Assembly: GCA_051294375.1 (NCBI GenBank)
Contig: CM119268.1
Coordinates: 20,068,531 to 20,132,530 of the forward strand
Direction of reading: 5' to 3'
Source: Paraspadella gotoi
Lineage: Eukaryota; Animalia; Chaetognatha
Length of the DNA: 64,000 nt
Part shown: positions 35,521 through 48,737 of the stretch, piece by piece
How the letters are laid out: each line of letters opens with the position of its first letter
Position numbering within the stretch: position 1 is the first letter of the stretch
Translations under genes and position numbers: made by a program
The notes under the pieces: generated by a model
Databases searched by the model: none
Told to the model about the DNA's origin: nothing
What the model saw: only the letters and a program-made list of their open reading frames with translations

Positions 35521-36195
35521 ATGACAAGACACGACCGTGGCCGTGGGACACGAGTTAATATCTGGCTGCTGCCTCGCCCGTTTCCCGCGAAGAAATTGAT
35601 CGAATGTGAAGAAGACGCACAGAGGACGTCGTCACGCCACCCACCATCACCGTCGAGGACGCCACCCCGACCTCATCACCTCCACCATCGCCGGACCAAG
35701 ATGACGCCTTCAAGACGCCGCGTGGCGATCAAATCAGGGTAAAAGGTGATCTTCAGATCACCTCAAAACCCATTGGAAAAGTCGTCAGTCATGTCAACAC
35801 CTCCAATCGATGGGGCATCTTCAAGGATGACCTATCTGACTCGGAGTGCGATGAGTATGCGCCCGACTTGGTTGGATGATGTATCCACCACAGAGGATGT
35901 GCCTCCACGCACGTACGCCAGCGTGTGTGCCGCGACTTCCGGATGTGGCCAACTATGCCCCAGGACACAGGTCCGGCCTGGCTACCGAAGACAAGCAACA
36001 ACACAGCAGCACCGTTTCCCCAACAACAGCAACAGCACCGCCTTCAATCATCGTCCAGCCTCAAACTCCTTCAACTCATCTCCTGACCTTCTCAATGGAC
36101 TTTGTTTCTATCATCGAACATTCGGAGACCGAGCAATCAAATGCTTTCCTGGATGCAAGCGGGGAAACGGCCGAGCCAGCAGCCGGAGGCAGTAA
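35521..36195 (+). pseudogene. gag: gag of element C (shortened and frameshifted)
   Basis: C-terminal LCFYHRTFGDRAIKCFPGC (CX2HX9CX3C) followed by the slippery site. Confidence 0.75.
36162..36168 (+). promoter_or_regulatory. -1 ribosomal frameshift heptamer G GGA AAC
   Basis: In the gag frame (R-G-N) just before the gag stop; the -1 frame holds protease LVDSGA; the same motif is at 43741 in a related fragment. Confidence 0.75.
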
Positions 36196-36318
36196 ACGCC
36201 GCTGCTGGTAGTACAGAACCCTTACTGCACGTGTACGACAACAACAACTTGACATGGCTTGTGGACAGTGGTGCAAGCGTCACTTTGAAGGTGCCTTCGC
36301 CATCAGAAAAGCTCCCCG

Positions 36319-39099
36319 GTGGCTCCGTGCCTCAACTTCATGCTGCAAACGGGTCTGCAATCTCTTCCACGCAAACAAATCACTATCAGACTAGGAAGAC
36401 GCACATCACTAACAACCTACTCGCTGACGTTACGACCCTATCTTGGAGCTGATTTTCTGATGGAGCATCATTTAGCCGCCGACCACAAGCTCGGCCTTTT
36501 CGTTGATCTTGACGATTTTTCAACAATCACAGGCAAATCTTACCCGGACAGTCCTTTCAGAGTCAATACATTCAATAACGCCTATTTCAAATTGATTGAT
36601 GAACGCCCAGAACTCACACAACTCAGATTTGACCCTTCGAAGACCAAGCATGGTGTAGAACACCACATTCCAACTGAAGGTCCGCCTGTCCATTCCCAAG
36701 CACGCCGACTTGCACCTGACAAACTCAAAGCAGCCAAAGAAGAATTTTCAAAAATGGAGAAGCTGGGCATTATAAGGAAGAGCAAGAGTGCTTGGGCATC
36801 ACCACTACATGTGGTGAAAAAACCAGACGGCTCACTCAGATGTTGCGGCGACTACAGGCGCCTCAATGCAGTCACAAAAGACAATCGCTACCCCATCAAA
36901 AATTTGGATTTCAATGCACATGTCGCAGGCAAAACAATTTTTTCAAAAGTAGACCTTTGTAAAGGCTACCATCAAGTACCTGTAGCAGAGCAGGATATTT
37001 GCAAAACAGCCGTCATAACTCCTTTTGCCTCGTGGGAATTCCCGTTCACCCCATTTGGCCTCAAGAATGCAGGTCCTGATTTTCAAAGGATGATGGACGA
37101 AGCCCTCAAAGATGTACCACACATTTTTGTATATCTAGATGACATCCTGGTCGCCTCAAGCAATGAAGAAGAATACATGCAAGATCTCACACTACTGTTT
37201 GACACCCTGCAATCAAATGGTTTAGTAGTGAACAGGGCAAAATGTGTACTGGGCGTACCATCACTCGACTTTCTCGGTTACCAGGTAGACGAGACAGGCG
37301 TCAGGCCATTGGACACAAAAGTCGAACACATCAAGCAATTCCCCCAGCCAACATCAGTCAAAGAGGTTCAAAGATACTTGGGCATGCTCAACTACTACCG
37401 GCGTTTCATTCCACACATCGCCGAAGTCCTTACACCATTATACCAAGCCTTAAAAGGCAACCCCCGAGTCCTTAAATGGACCGAGGAAATGACTCAAGGC
37501 TTCAACAAGTCGAAAGAAGCTCTAGCAAACGCAACTATGCTTGTCCACCCTGTGGACGGGGCACCTCTGGCGCTGACCGTTAATGCGTCACTGACGGCCA
37601 TCGGCGGTGTCCTGGAGCAGAAGATTGGTGGTCAATGGCAACCCTTAGGCTTTTTCTCAGCCCCGCTAGCTCAGAACCAGACAAAATGGCCACCTTTCGA
37701 CCGGGAACTCCTTGCCGCACACCGCTCAGTCGGGCACTTCAGGCCCTTCCTGGAAGGGCGCTACTTCGTTCTGTTCTCTGACCAGAACAGACTAGTTCCT
37801 GCCATACGCAAGAAATCTGAGCCACACTCAATGCGTCAAACATATCAATTATCTGCCATTTCTGAATACACAACAGACATCCGATACATTGAGCAGACAG
37901 TGGTAGCAGACACACTATCAAGAATCATCAGCCCAGCAAGCAGTGGCCCAGAACCTGAAGGATCATCAGGACCTTCAGAAATGCCCTCTTTGGTCGCAAC
38001 GGTCAATGCAGTTGGCCCCCAAGGCATCGATTTTGCCGCTTTAGCCGGTGACCAGAGTTCCGACGAGGAGATCCAGCAACTCCTGGCGGACGACCACACC
38101 AGCCTGCGATTCAAGATAGTTCGCCTGAATGACTTTGACATCATCTGTGATGTCAGTTCAGGCAGGGCGCGCCCCTTGGTTCCCACAACTTGGCGCCGTC
38201 GAGTTCATGATGCCATCCACAACCTAGCTCACCCGAGCGTCAGATGCACAAAAAAGCTGGTAACAAAGAGATTTGTTTGGCCAAAAGCCGCGTCAGACGT
38301 GGCAAAATGGGCTCAGGCTTGCCTTGACTGCCAGCGCAGCAAGGTACGACACACCCAGGCTCCACTACCTTTCGAAGCACCATCGAGGCCTTTCGAACAC
38401 GTTCACATTGACTTGGTGGGTCCCTTGCCCACCTCAGACGGTTACACCTACCTTTTAACCTGTGTAGACCGTTTTTCTCACTTGCCTGAAGCATATCCCC
38501 TTCGGGATATCTCCGCAGTAACTGTAGCAACAGCCTTCTTTCAGAACTGGATCGCCAGATTCGGTGTACCAGCCACGATCACTTCCGACCGTGGAACACA
38601 ATTCACTTCTGAATTGTGGCATCAGCTGAGCCAAGCTATAGGCTACAAGCTCAACACCACCACAGCTTACCACCCGCAGGCAAACGGGATGGTCGAACGG
38701 TTTCACTGTACCATGAAGGCATCATTGAAAGCCCGTTGTGATGCGTCCGGCGCAAATTGGTTCAATCAACTACCCTGGGTCTTATTAGGACTCAGGTCCG
38801 CACCAAAAGAAGACCGACAAGCATCACCAGCAGAATTTATATTCGGAGATACAATAGCAATGTCAGGCGAACTGGTAATAGGTACACAGCCAACAAGATC
38901 AAATGCCCAAAATGAGCTGCAAAACTTGAGACATGACATTGCATTGTTGAGACCAGTAGTTCCTAGTTGGCACTCAAACCCACCTGTTCATCTTCCTCAG
39001 TCTTGCCTCAGCAAACTGGGTTTTTGTGCTCCACGGCCAACAGGGTCACTCGCTAGCTACGCCCTACTTGGGCCCTTACAAAGTAGTCTCAAGAGATGA
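36319..39099 (+). CDS. pol: pol (RT, RNase H, integrase) of element C; frameshifts in the protease and near the C-terminus
   Basis: WASPLHVVKKPDGSLR, DYRRLN, FGLKNA, YLDDIL, ADTLSR, HX4H..CLDC, VHIDLVGPLP, TSDRG, NGMVER; RNase H first Asp reads N (TVNAS). Confidence 0.95.
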   Translation: MAPCLNFMLQTGLQSLPRKQITIRLGRRTSLTTYSLTLRPYLGADFLMEHHLAADHKLGLFVDLDDFSTITGKSYPDSPFRVNTFNNAYFKLIDERPELTQLRFDPSKTKHGVEHHIPTEGPPVHSQARRLAPDKLKAAKEEFSKMEKLGIIRKSKSAWASPLHVVKKPDGSLRCCGDYRRLNAVTKDNRYPIKNLDFNAHVAGKTIFSKVDLCKGYHQVPVAEQDICKTAVITPFASWEFPFTPFGLKNAGPDFQRMMDEALKDVPHIFVYLDDILVASSNEEEYMQDLTLLFDTLQSNGLVVNRAKCVLGVPSLDFLGYQVDETGVRPLDTKVEHIKQFPQPTSVKEVQRYLGMLNYYRRFIPHIAEVLTPLYQALKGNPRVLKWTEEMTQGFNKSKEALANATMLVHPVDGAPLALTVNASLTAIGGVLEQKIGGQWQPLGFFSAPLAQNQTKWPPFDRELLAAHRSVGHFRPFLEGRYFVLFSDQNRLVPAIRKKSEPHSMRQTYQLSAISEYTTDIRYIEQTVVADTLSRIISPASSGPEPEGSSGPSEMPSLVATVNAVGPQGIDFAALAGDQSSDEEIQQLLADDHTSLRFKIVRLNDFDIICDVSSGRARPLVPTTWRRRVHDAIHNLAHPSVRCTKKLVTKRFVWPKAASDVAKWAQACLDCQRSKVRHTQAPLPFEAPSRPFEHVHIDLVGPLPTSDGYTYLLTCVDRFSHLPEAYPLRDISAVTVATAFFQNWIARFGVPATITSDRGTQFTSELWHQLSQAIGYKLNTTTAYHPQANGMVERFHCTMKASLKARCDASGANWFNQLPWVLLGLRSAPKEDRQASPAEFIFGDTIAMSGELVIGTQPTRSNAQNELQNLRHDIALLRPVVPSWHSNPPVHLPQSCLSKLGFCAPRPTGSLASYALLGPLQSSLKR

Positions 39100-40274
39100 C
39101 AAGACCTTCAGTGGACATCCCTGGCCGAGGACAAGAGAAGATCTCTTTCGACAGGATCAAGCCAGCAACAACAGAACCGGATGTCCAACTAACACCTCCA
39201 GCAGCCCCAAGAAGAGGACGACCACCAGCAGCAACAGGCGAGTCGTTTCCTAGGGGGGAAGGTCAAACAAATAATAGAACAAGAGTCAGCCCAGCGGCCG
39301 ACTCCACTCATTCCCAACATTTATATCCTCAGGCGAGCCAACCTCAACAGCAACGTCAACAAAACCTCCACAGCAACAGCAACGGCCACCACGACAACGA
39401 TCCACTCGACAACCAACACGACTCCAACCTCAGAGACAAGCACGTGCAAGACAATACCATCGTCTGGGTTCTGAAGGACTAGATATATATTGTATTAGAT
39501 GTTTAAGATCTATCAGTCATTCGCGAGATCCGTGATTGTTAGATAACCGGTTATCAGCACTATCACCAAATCATCACCAGTTGGTCACTGTTACGATTAA
39601 TCATAACTTGCCTAACAGCAAGTAATCATCAACAGCTGGTTATTTTCACCATTTAACCAAGCTTGCCTAACAGCAAGCAATCATCATAACACTTCGACCA
39701 AACAAATTATTTTTCCTATCTCCCTACTTCCTTTTTGTAAAATTTCTTCCCAACAATTTTTTTTTTTGGGAAGAGATATATGTAAATATTTATTGTAGAA
39801 GACAAACCCCTTTTTAGTGGGTCCCCCCAATTGTTTCTCCTAGACCTTATTGTTTGCCCATATATTCCCCCAAGGAGGAACAATATTGTAAAGCACTTTG
39901 TTCCTTAACTAGTAATACAAGTCACCTCAACTGTAAATAGGGTCAGTTCGAACCCCTAAGGTCCGAACTTGAGGGGGGGATGAGGCGACTTACCACCGGT
40001 CTCTCTAAACCCTTCCTCTCTTCTTTTTCCGAGCCGGTCTATTCCACACGGTCACTTTGCCCTAGCTTTGGCAATGACCTTAGATTGACCGGACACAGTA
40101 ATAGGGCCGAGGCGACCGTAAGGTCAAGTTGGTCCGAGAGATGATAAAAGTGGATCAGGAGAGAGCTCGTCTCACTTCTTTTCTACTTCTCTTACATCGT
40201 CACAATTCTTCACCTTCTCACTTTTATTATTACTATTTTCGTCTTCTACAAATGCACTTTTCTTAGAGTAAATA

Positions 40275-40822
40275 AAAAAATCTTAAAAGCATAAGGATCG
40301 TCGCAATTGCATAGAAAGAGAGAGAGAGATGATCTATTATGAGTAAAAAGTTCTATCTGAACAAAATGTTGCAGACCTATTCTGCAATTTTTGGTCATCA
40401 ACTATCAACTTACGTAATGTCAACATGAGAGAGAGAGAGATCGTTTTTGGACGAATCAGCAGCGTCAGCAGCAGAGGCAGCCAGAAAAAAAGAAAAATCA
40501 AAAGGCAGAAGCAGCAGGAAAAAAGAGAGAGAGCTACATATGATTAAAAGAGAAAAGAGAGAGACATAAAAAAATTTGTTTGTTGTTTGTTTTGATAAAA
40601 CGTAAACAAAACATATTTAATAACTGTCCTCACCCAATTTCAAGGACCTCGATGATGATTTAAATTTTCAGCGTCATACACCCAATTAATTATAAAAAAA
40701 GGCAATCTATAATTTGGAACGCCGACAACGACGACGTTGACGACGACGACGACGACGACGCCACTTATGTGCAAAACCACAGCAAAATCGTCGCAAACGC
40801 AAACGCATTGCGACGATAAAAA
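40275..40822 (-). mobile_element. Helentron-like element, family H2 (sub-TIR ATCGTCGCAA)
   Basis: cttaaaagcataaggatcgtcgcaa ... (GAC)n ... atcgtcgcaaacgcaaacgcattgcgacgat; partial copies at 25410-25600 and 27580-27745. Confidence 0.7.
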
Positions 40823-42682
40823 GACCTAATATAGGCGAAAATCTCGCTTAAAAAAAAATTCTACATTTTTCTAATAGAGATTTCTGTTTGAATCTGACTG
40901 CTCAACTTTACAAACGACATTGGGAGAAATTCCGGTAGAAAACAGTTAGTTGTAAAAACCTACGATTCCGATAGCGTTGCATCTCAAGAGCTCGACTTTT
41001 TGTTCTTGTAGCATTTGATAAAGAATTTACTACCAAACAAGCCAGGGGAAATGGACTACTCATCTCTGGAGGATTTTCAAACCTCCTTTTTACTATATAG
41101 TACTTTTTAGTATAGTACTTTTTACTATATAGTATAGAAATGAAAGGGAAATTTCACTTTTTTAAAATTACAAATGGGATTACAGTATGTTAGCATTATA
41201 AATGGTACTTCAAATTAATGAGATTCCAAAAGAAGGCCGAAAGAAAGCCATAAGAAAGCAACTAGAACGGTGAAAAGATAAGGTCAGCTAAGGTCAACTT
41301 AAATGACTAAAAAAGAATGACCCGACGGGAGGTAACAAAATATCTTACACCTCGTGTCCCGAGAGCTCGACTTTTTTTCCTTTTTAGTATTGACCATTTT
41401 TTTCATATTAAACCATCCTGGTAAAGTGAATTGGTCCAGTTTTCATCACGAAATTTTTATTTAAAAAGAAATTAAAAGTAAGGTTGAGAAAAAAAACTGA
41501 TTTTTCCTAATATCTTTTGAAGGAACAAAGATAAAGGGATGGCAATAGTACCAAAATGAAGCCATAATCATAGGGCACATACAAGATACAATTTTAGAAT
41601 TATTTTTGCTGAAACCTCTTTACAGGGTTAGTGTCAAACTAAGTCCAAATTATAATTAATTTTAAAACTAATGACACCCCATAAAAATAAATAAAAATAT
41701 ATTCTTTTTAATGATTCTGAAATAAAAAAGGCTAAATTGTACTCTAGTAAAGCTTTAAAGTTTTTTGGATTAGGAAAATTTTTTTTTTTACTTAAATATT
41801 TGCTTGTCTGATTTTACAAGCATGCTTACAAAATTATACAAAATGTTATTCACCCCATCACAGCCTAAGTATTTATATTTCTTTTCCACCATCAAAAAGT
41901 AAACATTATTTTATGTTAGAGAACAGGGATGTTAACTGAAAGGAGCCGGAAAACGTTTAACTTCTTCACTTTGATGTTATTTTTCAATAATGTTGAAAAA
42001 ATGGAGAGGAATTTTGGTTGTTTTTGGTCGATTTCTTCTAAACCCATTGGCCAATTTAGACGTGACTTAAGATTTACATTATTCCAGTCATTCTCTATCT
42101 AAAAATATAAAAATATAATGAAAAAAGGTTTGGGATCGACTTTCGGAATTTGGTTCTACCTAATAGTACATTCTGATTTGACAATGAGTAACTTTAATAT
42201 TATGAAATCGAAATTTCCATTACTAAAGCCTATCAAAAAAAAACTATCTAAAATTTAATGCCCGTGAGTTTCAACGAAGTGTAGTTTTTTGTAGGAAATG
42301 TAGTGTAGAAAAATACGAAATGGTGCGTTCAAACTCTGCAGAAATATTATTTATCAAATACAATGTCGAATTACATTTTATAATTTTTATCTTACATTAC
42401 ATTTATCTTACGTTTTTCCTCAAATTAATCTTTTATTTCAACAAGTTTTAGCAAACTATGTCGGATCTGCCCACGATCATTATCGGTAATTAATTAATTA
42501 ATAATTAATTCAAATTAATTAATTTATTCAAGTTAATTATTTAATTAGGCAATTAATTAATTTGATCCGAAATGTTTGTTTTTATTAATTAATTGACTGA
42601 TTAATTAATTAATTGATTAATTGTATAATTAACTGATTAATTATTTGATTAATTATTACATCTTGCATTTACATTTAAATTT

Positions 42683-42873
42683 GTGCCGGAGGCAAGTCAT
42701 TCGCCTCCCAACCCAAAGGTCCGGGGTTCTAGCCCGGTGGTCGTCTGGCAGTTAAGAGGGACGGGGCGCTTAACCCGCCTGTAACATGGTGTTACAGCCT
42801 GATCCGAAGCTCAGGGACTGCTTATATTGAACGGTTCTCTCATTAACGCATAACAATAATTACTGTCTCTTCA
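42683..42873 (+). mobile_element. tRNA-derived SINE, slightly 5'-truncated
   Basis: tcgcctcccaa anticodon-arm-like segment and ggttctagccc B-box-like segment; homologs at 54941-55090 (-) and 56455-56548. Confidence 0.75.
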
Positions 42874-43329
42874 GTATAATCAATTAGTGAAACAGGTTCT
42901 TTGTTTTTTCCATTTAAACTCATTTCCACTCAAACGATTCTATCGAAACTTTATTTCCAGTTTAATCACACACTTTTCTACCCAAATAAAAAATTTAAAG
43001 TCAATCGCCCAATCCACTCATGAGTAATTATTATAAATTATGAAAAAAAAATGATGTCCGTCCGTCCGTCCACTTGTCCGTCCATTCGTCCGTCTGTCCG
43101 TCCGTACCACCTAAGCAAAAAACTCCAAATACTCGTGATTAGATGGTTGGATTGGAATGAAATTTTGTGTGTGAGTAGGAATGTGTGTGATTGAGCTTGA
43201 TATAAAGTTTTGTTGGAATCGTGCGAGTGGAAATGAGTTTAAATGGAAAAAACAAAAGTCATATTCAAGTATTTTTACTTGTATTTACTCATATTTATTA
43301 TATTTATTAAACGGTCACACTCGATTATA

Positions 43330-43920
43330 TCGAGAAGGAGACCATCATCAGAGGACTTCCCCTTGAAGTTCGACCCTCCATCCAGGACAAGGCGGATAAA
43401 TGGACGGCATCGCAGCGAGCGGATGCCGCCGACAAGTTTTTTGACGCCGAGGATCGGCCTACCTTCCCGGCGCCGACTTCGGCGATCAACGACAACTCAG
43501 AGAGCGGAGCATTCGACGCCGAGAACAGCGCTGGAATTAATGCCATCCAAGGACAGGGCCGTGACAAGACTCGCCCACAATCAAGTAACTGGCGCTCAAA
43601 CGCCCCGAGCGGCTCGTCGACTTTCTCCCGCCCACCAAACAGGTTTGCCGCTGGCACCTGAAATTCGGCGACGCTGCCTTCCATTGTGAGCGTGGCTGCG
43701 TGCGTAAAGGCGAATGGCGCGACCGCAAGGAGCCGCAAGCGGGAAACGGCGCCGCGGGGCAGCGCCGGTGAACGCTGTACCTCGCGCCGATACCGAAAAT
43801 TCACCCGATAGCGACCTGCTTCGCGTCAAGGACGCTACCGACGGCTGCCAGTGGTTAGTCGATGGTGGCACCCTCATCTCACTTGTGCCACCCACAGCAG
43901 CGCAACTTCAAGCGTCAAAT
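43330..43920 (+). pseudogene. Gypsy gag-protease fragment related to element C
   Basis: C.WHLKFGDAAFHCERGC knuckle, GGGAAAC at 43741, WLVDGGTLISLVP. Confidence 0.8.
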
Positions 43921-45045
43921 GCTTATTAAAAAAATCTTATTCTTTTTTCATAAAAAAAAATAAATAATGACACTTCTTCCCTTCATATAGTACCCGAAGC
44001 GTAGAGTGTCCTTTTTCCAGGGATCAAATAATTCTTATATTTTTGCGTCCAATGAGCTGATATTTTAACATAAAATAGTCTCAACGTAGGTCTATTGCCC
44101 ATTGGGTTAAAATTTAAATCGGACAATTCTAAACCACTTAAAAATAGGCCCAAAAAAAAAATTTTAAAAGTTGCATAACTTGGACATTTTATGTAGTACA
44201 TTTTTAAAATTTTACATATACATATCAAAAGGGTTTGTGAGATGTTGTCAGAATATGAATAAAATTTGAACAGTTTTATTAGCATTTACTAAGGGAAATA
44301 TTTTAGATGTGTCATTTTTTTAATCAGTCATAACTATTATATTAGTGAATATTATGATTTTATATTATAGTCTTGGATGAGCCTTCGGTAGCTCTACAAC
44401 ATATATGAGTTTTGGTCATCTCAAAAAAAATTTTGTCACAGGTCAAAATTTTAATAACAAAATTCAATTGCCATTTATACCTAAAATATGCAGAGAACTT
44501 GATTGATTTTTTAACCATAAAATAGCCAAAGCATACTTTATCTGCTGGTGGTCTCAAAAATTTAAATTAAAATAAGCATAATCTCATTTGCATATTTAAA
44601 GATTTTTCTACTTTACTAAATTTCTCCTTAATAGGTAAGTATTTTTTTATTGTTTTAAGTGCTTAACAATTACATAGTATTTAACTTAAGCTTGTTTAGG
44701 AGAATTTTTAACTTTATTTTCAAATTGATATTATTTTTAAGATATTACTTTAAAAAAGGTATTTATTAATACTTTATCGAATTTCAATTTTTTTTATTAT
44801 TATAGAAAGAGATTAAGACAAGGATTCTAAATATATAAATATTTTGTAAATTAGATCACCCAAGGCCGAGATATGGCATCTTGAAATTGTCAAAAAGAGA
44901 AAAAAATACACCTTTTTAAACCCCAATAAAAAACTGTACAATCAAAATATCTCATTAATATTTTAAAGATAGGTAATATTTTTATTCAAATTAACAGTCT
45001 TTAAGTTTCAGATCATTCGGAAAACTTTTACTATTAAATCTTTAA

Positions 45046-46522
45046 GAAAAAGGGTCATTCAATTCAACTTCAAAATAGGCCAAAATGGAGACAATTCAGA
45101 AAGCTGAGCTCCTGGCGATTCCGAAAATGTATTCACTTTAAACATTTGATGCATTCTACCCCATTTTATATCGGTTTTAATTATAATATAAATAAAAGAA
45201 ACCTATCTGAAGAGTTGCAGGTCAAACGAAAAGGCCAATCCTTCTGATATTTTTTATGAATTTTTTATTACTGAATTAGAAAAATGTAATAGAGAGACAT
45301 TTTTAAATTTCAACTTGTATCCTTGAAAATGAAACGTTTTTAACTTTAACCCTGAATTCTTTCTAACTGGAACACGTTTATCAAAATGTCTCTCTATTAC
45401 ATTTTTACAAATGTTTTTAAGATTGCTAATCAAATTTTTTAATTCAATATTATTGCAGTCGTCTCGGCTGCAACTCTTCAAATTCAGTGTAGATTCATTG
45501 TAGCTTATTCTTCAGACTAAGCTCTGACGAAAAAGTCAGAGGTTTTTTTAATATATTCTTTGACACAATGTAGATGATGCAATATTGCTATGTTAAGTTC
45601 AAAAAAATCCGACATAATATAGAAAATATTAACCAAAATCTTCGGAAAAATTCACCCTTCTTTGGAGATTTTCGCCATATAGATTTTTTCCGAATCTGAC
45701 TCCCGGTTGAAAACTCTTAGAATTCCGATCGTTAGCTCCTCTTTTACTTTTACTTTAAATAAAAATTTCAGCAAAATGGACTTAATTCACTTACCAGATC
45801 GTATCATTTAAAATAACCAAATAAAATGTGAAGAAAATTTGAGAGCCCTTCAGACATATTGCTATCGGATTCCTGAAATTTGAAGTTTATGTAAATGACA
45901 ACATACCTTAATGCGTTGACATTGTATTGAAGTGAGAAATCCTTTATTTTATATATAAAATTGCGTCAAATATTTTCCGAGCTGACCAGTCTATTTGAAC
46001 TGATGGTTTGATGTCAAAATGATGGTTAATTTAAGAGAAAAAAAATGCAGCCTTGAGATGTAACAGGTGGAATCGATGTTTTTACACTGATTTTTACCTA
46101 AATTTTCAGCTTGAATTATTTGATTCCAGATTTTAATGAAACTCCAATTGAAAAGTTTCCTCATTCTAAGACGACTAGACTAACCATCTATTTAACTGAA
46201 ATTTTGTTCATGACTGGAAAAACCAACAGAGTAACGAGATTAATTGTTTAATTCTCCCCTTCTAAACTAACCCATACCGGTTTTAACTTCTTACCTAGAA
46301 TTTTTTAACAAACAGCTTGAAAACAAATCTTTAAAAATGTGATTACCCATTTAACTTAACAATTTTGTATTTACCGATTTCAAAAAAATATTTAAAACAC
46401 AATGCTGACATATAAATAAAAACTTTTTTTTGGTGATTACTGGTGATTTACGATGTATTTCTCGATGTATTAGCTCTAATACATCAATGATTACGTATTG
46501 TTATGCTGAATGACCTTTCCTC
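45046..46522. mobile_element. TTAA-flanked non-autonomous DNA transposon (Kolobok-like)
   Basis: TIR-like ends gaaaaagggtcattca / tgaatgacctttcctc; TTAA on both sides; empty site in the inverted arm at ~48777; more copies at 57210-57713 and 57860-58602. Confidence 0.75.
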
Positions 46523-46679
46523 TTAAGGAGAAAGTTAATTTTTGAAAAAAATCGATTTTTTAAAAAAATAGATGAATAATGTAAAAAGGTTAAAGTTACG
46601 AGAGAGCGAGGGCAGAAGATATCCTTGTATGAACGCTATATTTTAAAATGGGCCAACTGGTTGTAAGTTAGTCATCCAT

Positions 46680-47050
46680 CCTCAACCCCACATATGCCCT
46701 GGAACGAGCTCGTCAGGCCAAACATGCTAAGTATGAAGGCAAACTGCCGGCCGACGTTGGCTTCATCCCTTTGGTTGTCACTACCTTTGGGGCATGGGAC
46801 CTGGATGCTTTCTCAAACCTAAAAGACTTTGCCAAACTCCAAGCAACGAATGCAGGCTTAGATATCGGAAAAACGTCTAAGCACTTTTTTGAAAGATTTT
46901 CTGTCTGCCTTCAGTGCGAGAATGGGAACCTGCTTGCTTCCCGAAGTCCCGTGATTGAGTTGCCGTCTCATGTGGACGGAGTTGCTTGACTTTGTCCCCA
47001 GATCTCTTTTTCTTTTTTATTTTCCTTTTTTGTTTATGTTTATTGTTGAC
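46680..47050 (+). pseudogene. 3' fragment of an RLE-type non-LTR retrotransposon (CRE/NeSL-like)
   Basis: RQAKHAKYE...FIPLVVTTFGAW...FFERFSVCLQCEN. Confidence 0.8.
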
Positions 47051-47916
47051 ATAAGATATTTTTGCAACCATTCCCGCAATTATTTGTTTGCTGTTTTCTT
47101 TCAGAAAAAAAAAAGTAATTAGAACATTGAGATGAAGTATGAATGCTATATTTTATATTGGGCCTCTCCGGCGAACTGGTTGTATGTAATTAGAACATCT
47201 GGATGAAGTATAAATCATCTCCCAAAGCTAGCGCTCAGGGCATTGTACCTACCATGTCACTGACCAAGTATTTCCCTGTCCAAGCTAATAATGAGTTTAA
47301 CCAGACTATCTCGGAGACAAGTTTTAGGATTAACCAGAGTATCTCATTTTACCTCTTTCATGTTCTCTTTTCTCTCCCCCTCCCTCTTTCTCTCTCTCTC
47401 TCTTTCAAATGAAAATGAATGAATAAAAAATAGAAAAAAAAGAATGAAGAAAAAAAAATAAAAAAAACGCAAAACATCATTTGTATAAACTATCAATCAA
47501 TCAGTAAAAGAACCAATAAGTCATCATTTGATCAATATAGATAGATGGATCAATCACTCAATCAACCAATCAATCTATTGATAGATAAATCAATCACTAA
47601 ATCAATCAGTCCAAGAATCATGTATGCAATTAATCAAACACTCATTTATTCCTTAATATTCATGAATCATAAATTGACAATAGAAAATCGAGAGAGTGTG
47701 TGAAGAGAATTGTCCTTTGTTGGTCATATTTTTCTCTATCTCGGCCAGTTTTTGACGACGGGCAATTATTAAATCTACTTTTCCAAATTTGTGTCACTTG
47801 CTTTTCAGTCGTTATGAACCTTTTGAACGTCGCTCGTTGGAAAATGTTGTTTTTAAGCGTTTTCGCGACTTCGCTACTGTTTTTGTCACAATTATTGCCA
47901 CAATTCATCTATCTAT

Positions 47917-48737
47917 TTTTAGTCGGATCTGCTTGCAGCAGATCCCGACTCTATAATTCACTTTGTCGGTCCGCCCCATCAATCTTGTCGGCATTCACTT
48001 ATATCATGTCAGAACATCGAATTATGATAAATTATGAAAAAAAAAACGATGTCCGTCCGTATGTCTGTCTGTCCGTCCATCCCACCTTAGCAAAAAAACA
48101 CCATTACTCGTGATTGGATGGATGGATTGGAATGAAATTTTGTGTGTAGGTAGGGAAGTGTGTGATTGAGCTGGATATGAAGTTTCGATAGAATCGTCCG
48201 AGTGGAAATGAGTTTAAATGGAAAAAAACAAAAAATTATATTTCACTATTTGAACACCAATTACTCATGAGTGGATGTGGCGATTGACTTGAAATTTTGT
48301 ATTTGGGTAGAAAAGTGCGTGATTAAACAGGAAATCAAGTTTCGATGGAATCGTTTGAGTGAAAATGAGTTTAAATGGAACAACAAAAAACCTGTTTTAC
48401 TAATTGATTATGCTTCTTTTTCCTTTTATATTAAATGTAAATGCAAGATGTATTAATTAATCAAATAATTAATCAGTAATTAATCAATTAGTCAATAATT
48501 AATCAATAATTAATTAATCAGTCAATTAATCAATCAAAACAACCATTCTGATCAAATTGCCGATTGCTGTTAAATAATTAACTTAAATAAATTAATTATT
48601 AATTAAATAATTAATTAACTTGAATTAATTATTTATTAATTAATTAATAATAATTATTAGTTATTAATTGATTAATTATTAATTAATTAATTACCGATGA
48701 TGATCGTGGCAGATCCGACATTGTTTGCTCAAACTTA
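47917..48737 (+). mobile_element. Complete H1 DINE-1/Helentron-like copy
   Basis: 5' sub-TIR gtcggatctgc with adjacent inverted copy, GTCY microsatellite, central repeats, 3' sub-TIR gcagatccgac with a short stem-loop, T-run flanks, no TSD. Confidence 0.85.

Larger units (their letters stand above)
34608..40250 (+). mobile_element. Near full-length Ty3/gypsy LTR retrotransposon (element C)
   Basis: LTRs 34608-34886 and 39981-40250 (TG..CA, similar but not identical), PBS, gag, PR-RT-RH-INT, PPT gaggggggga at 39971-39980. Confidence 0.97.
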
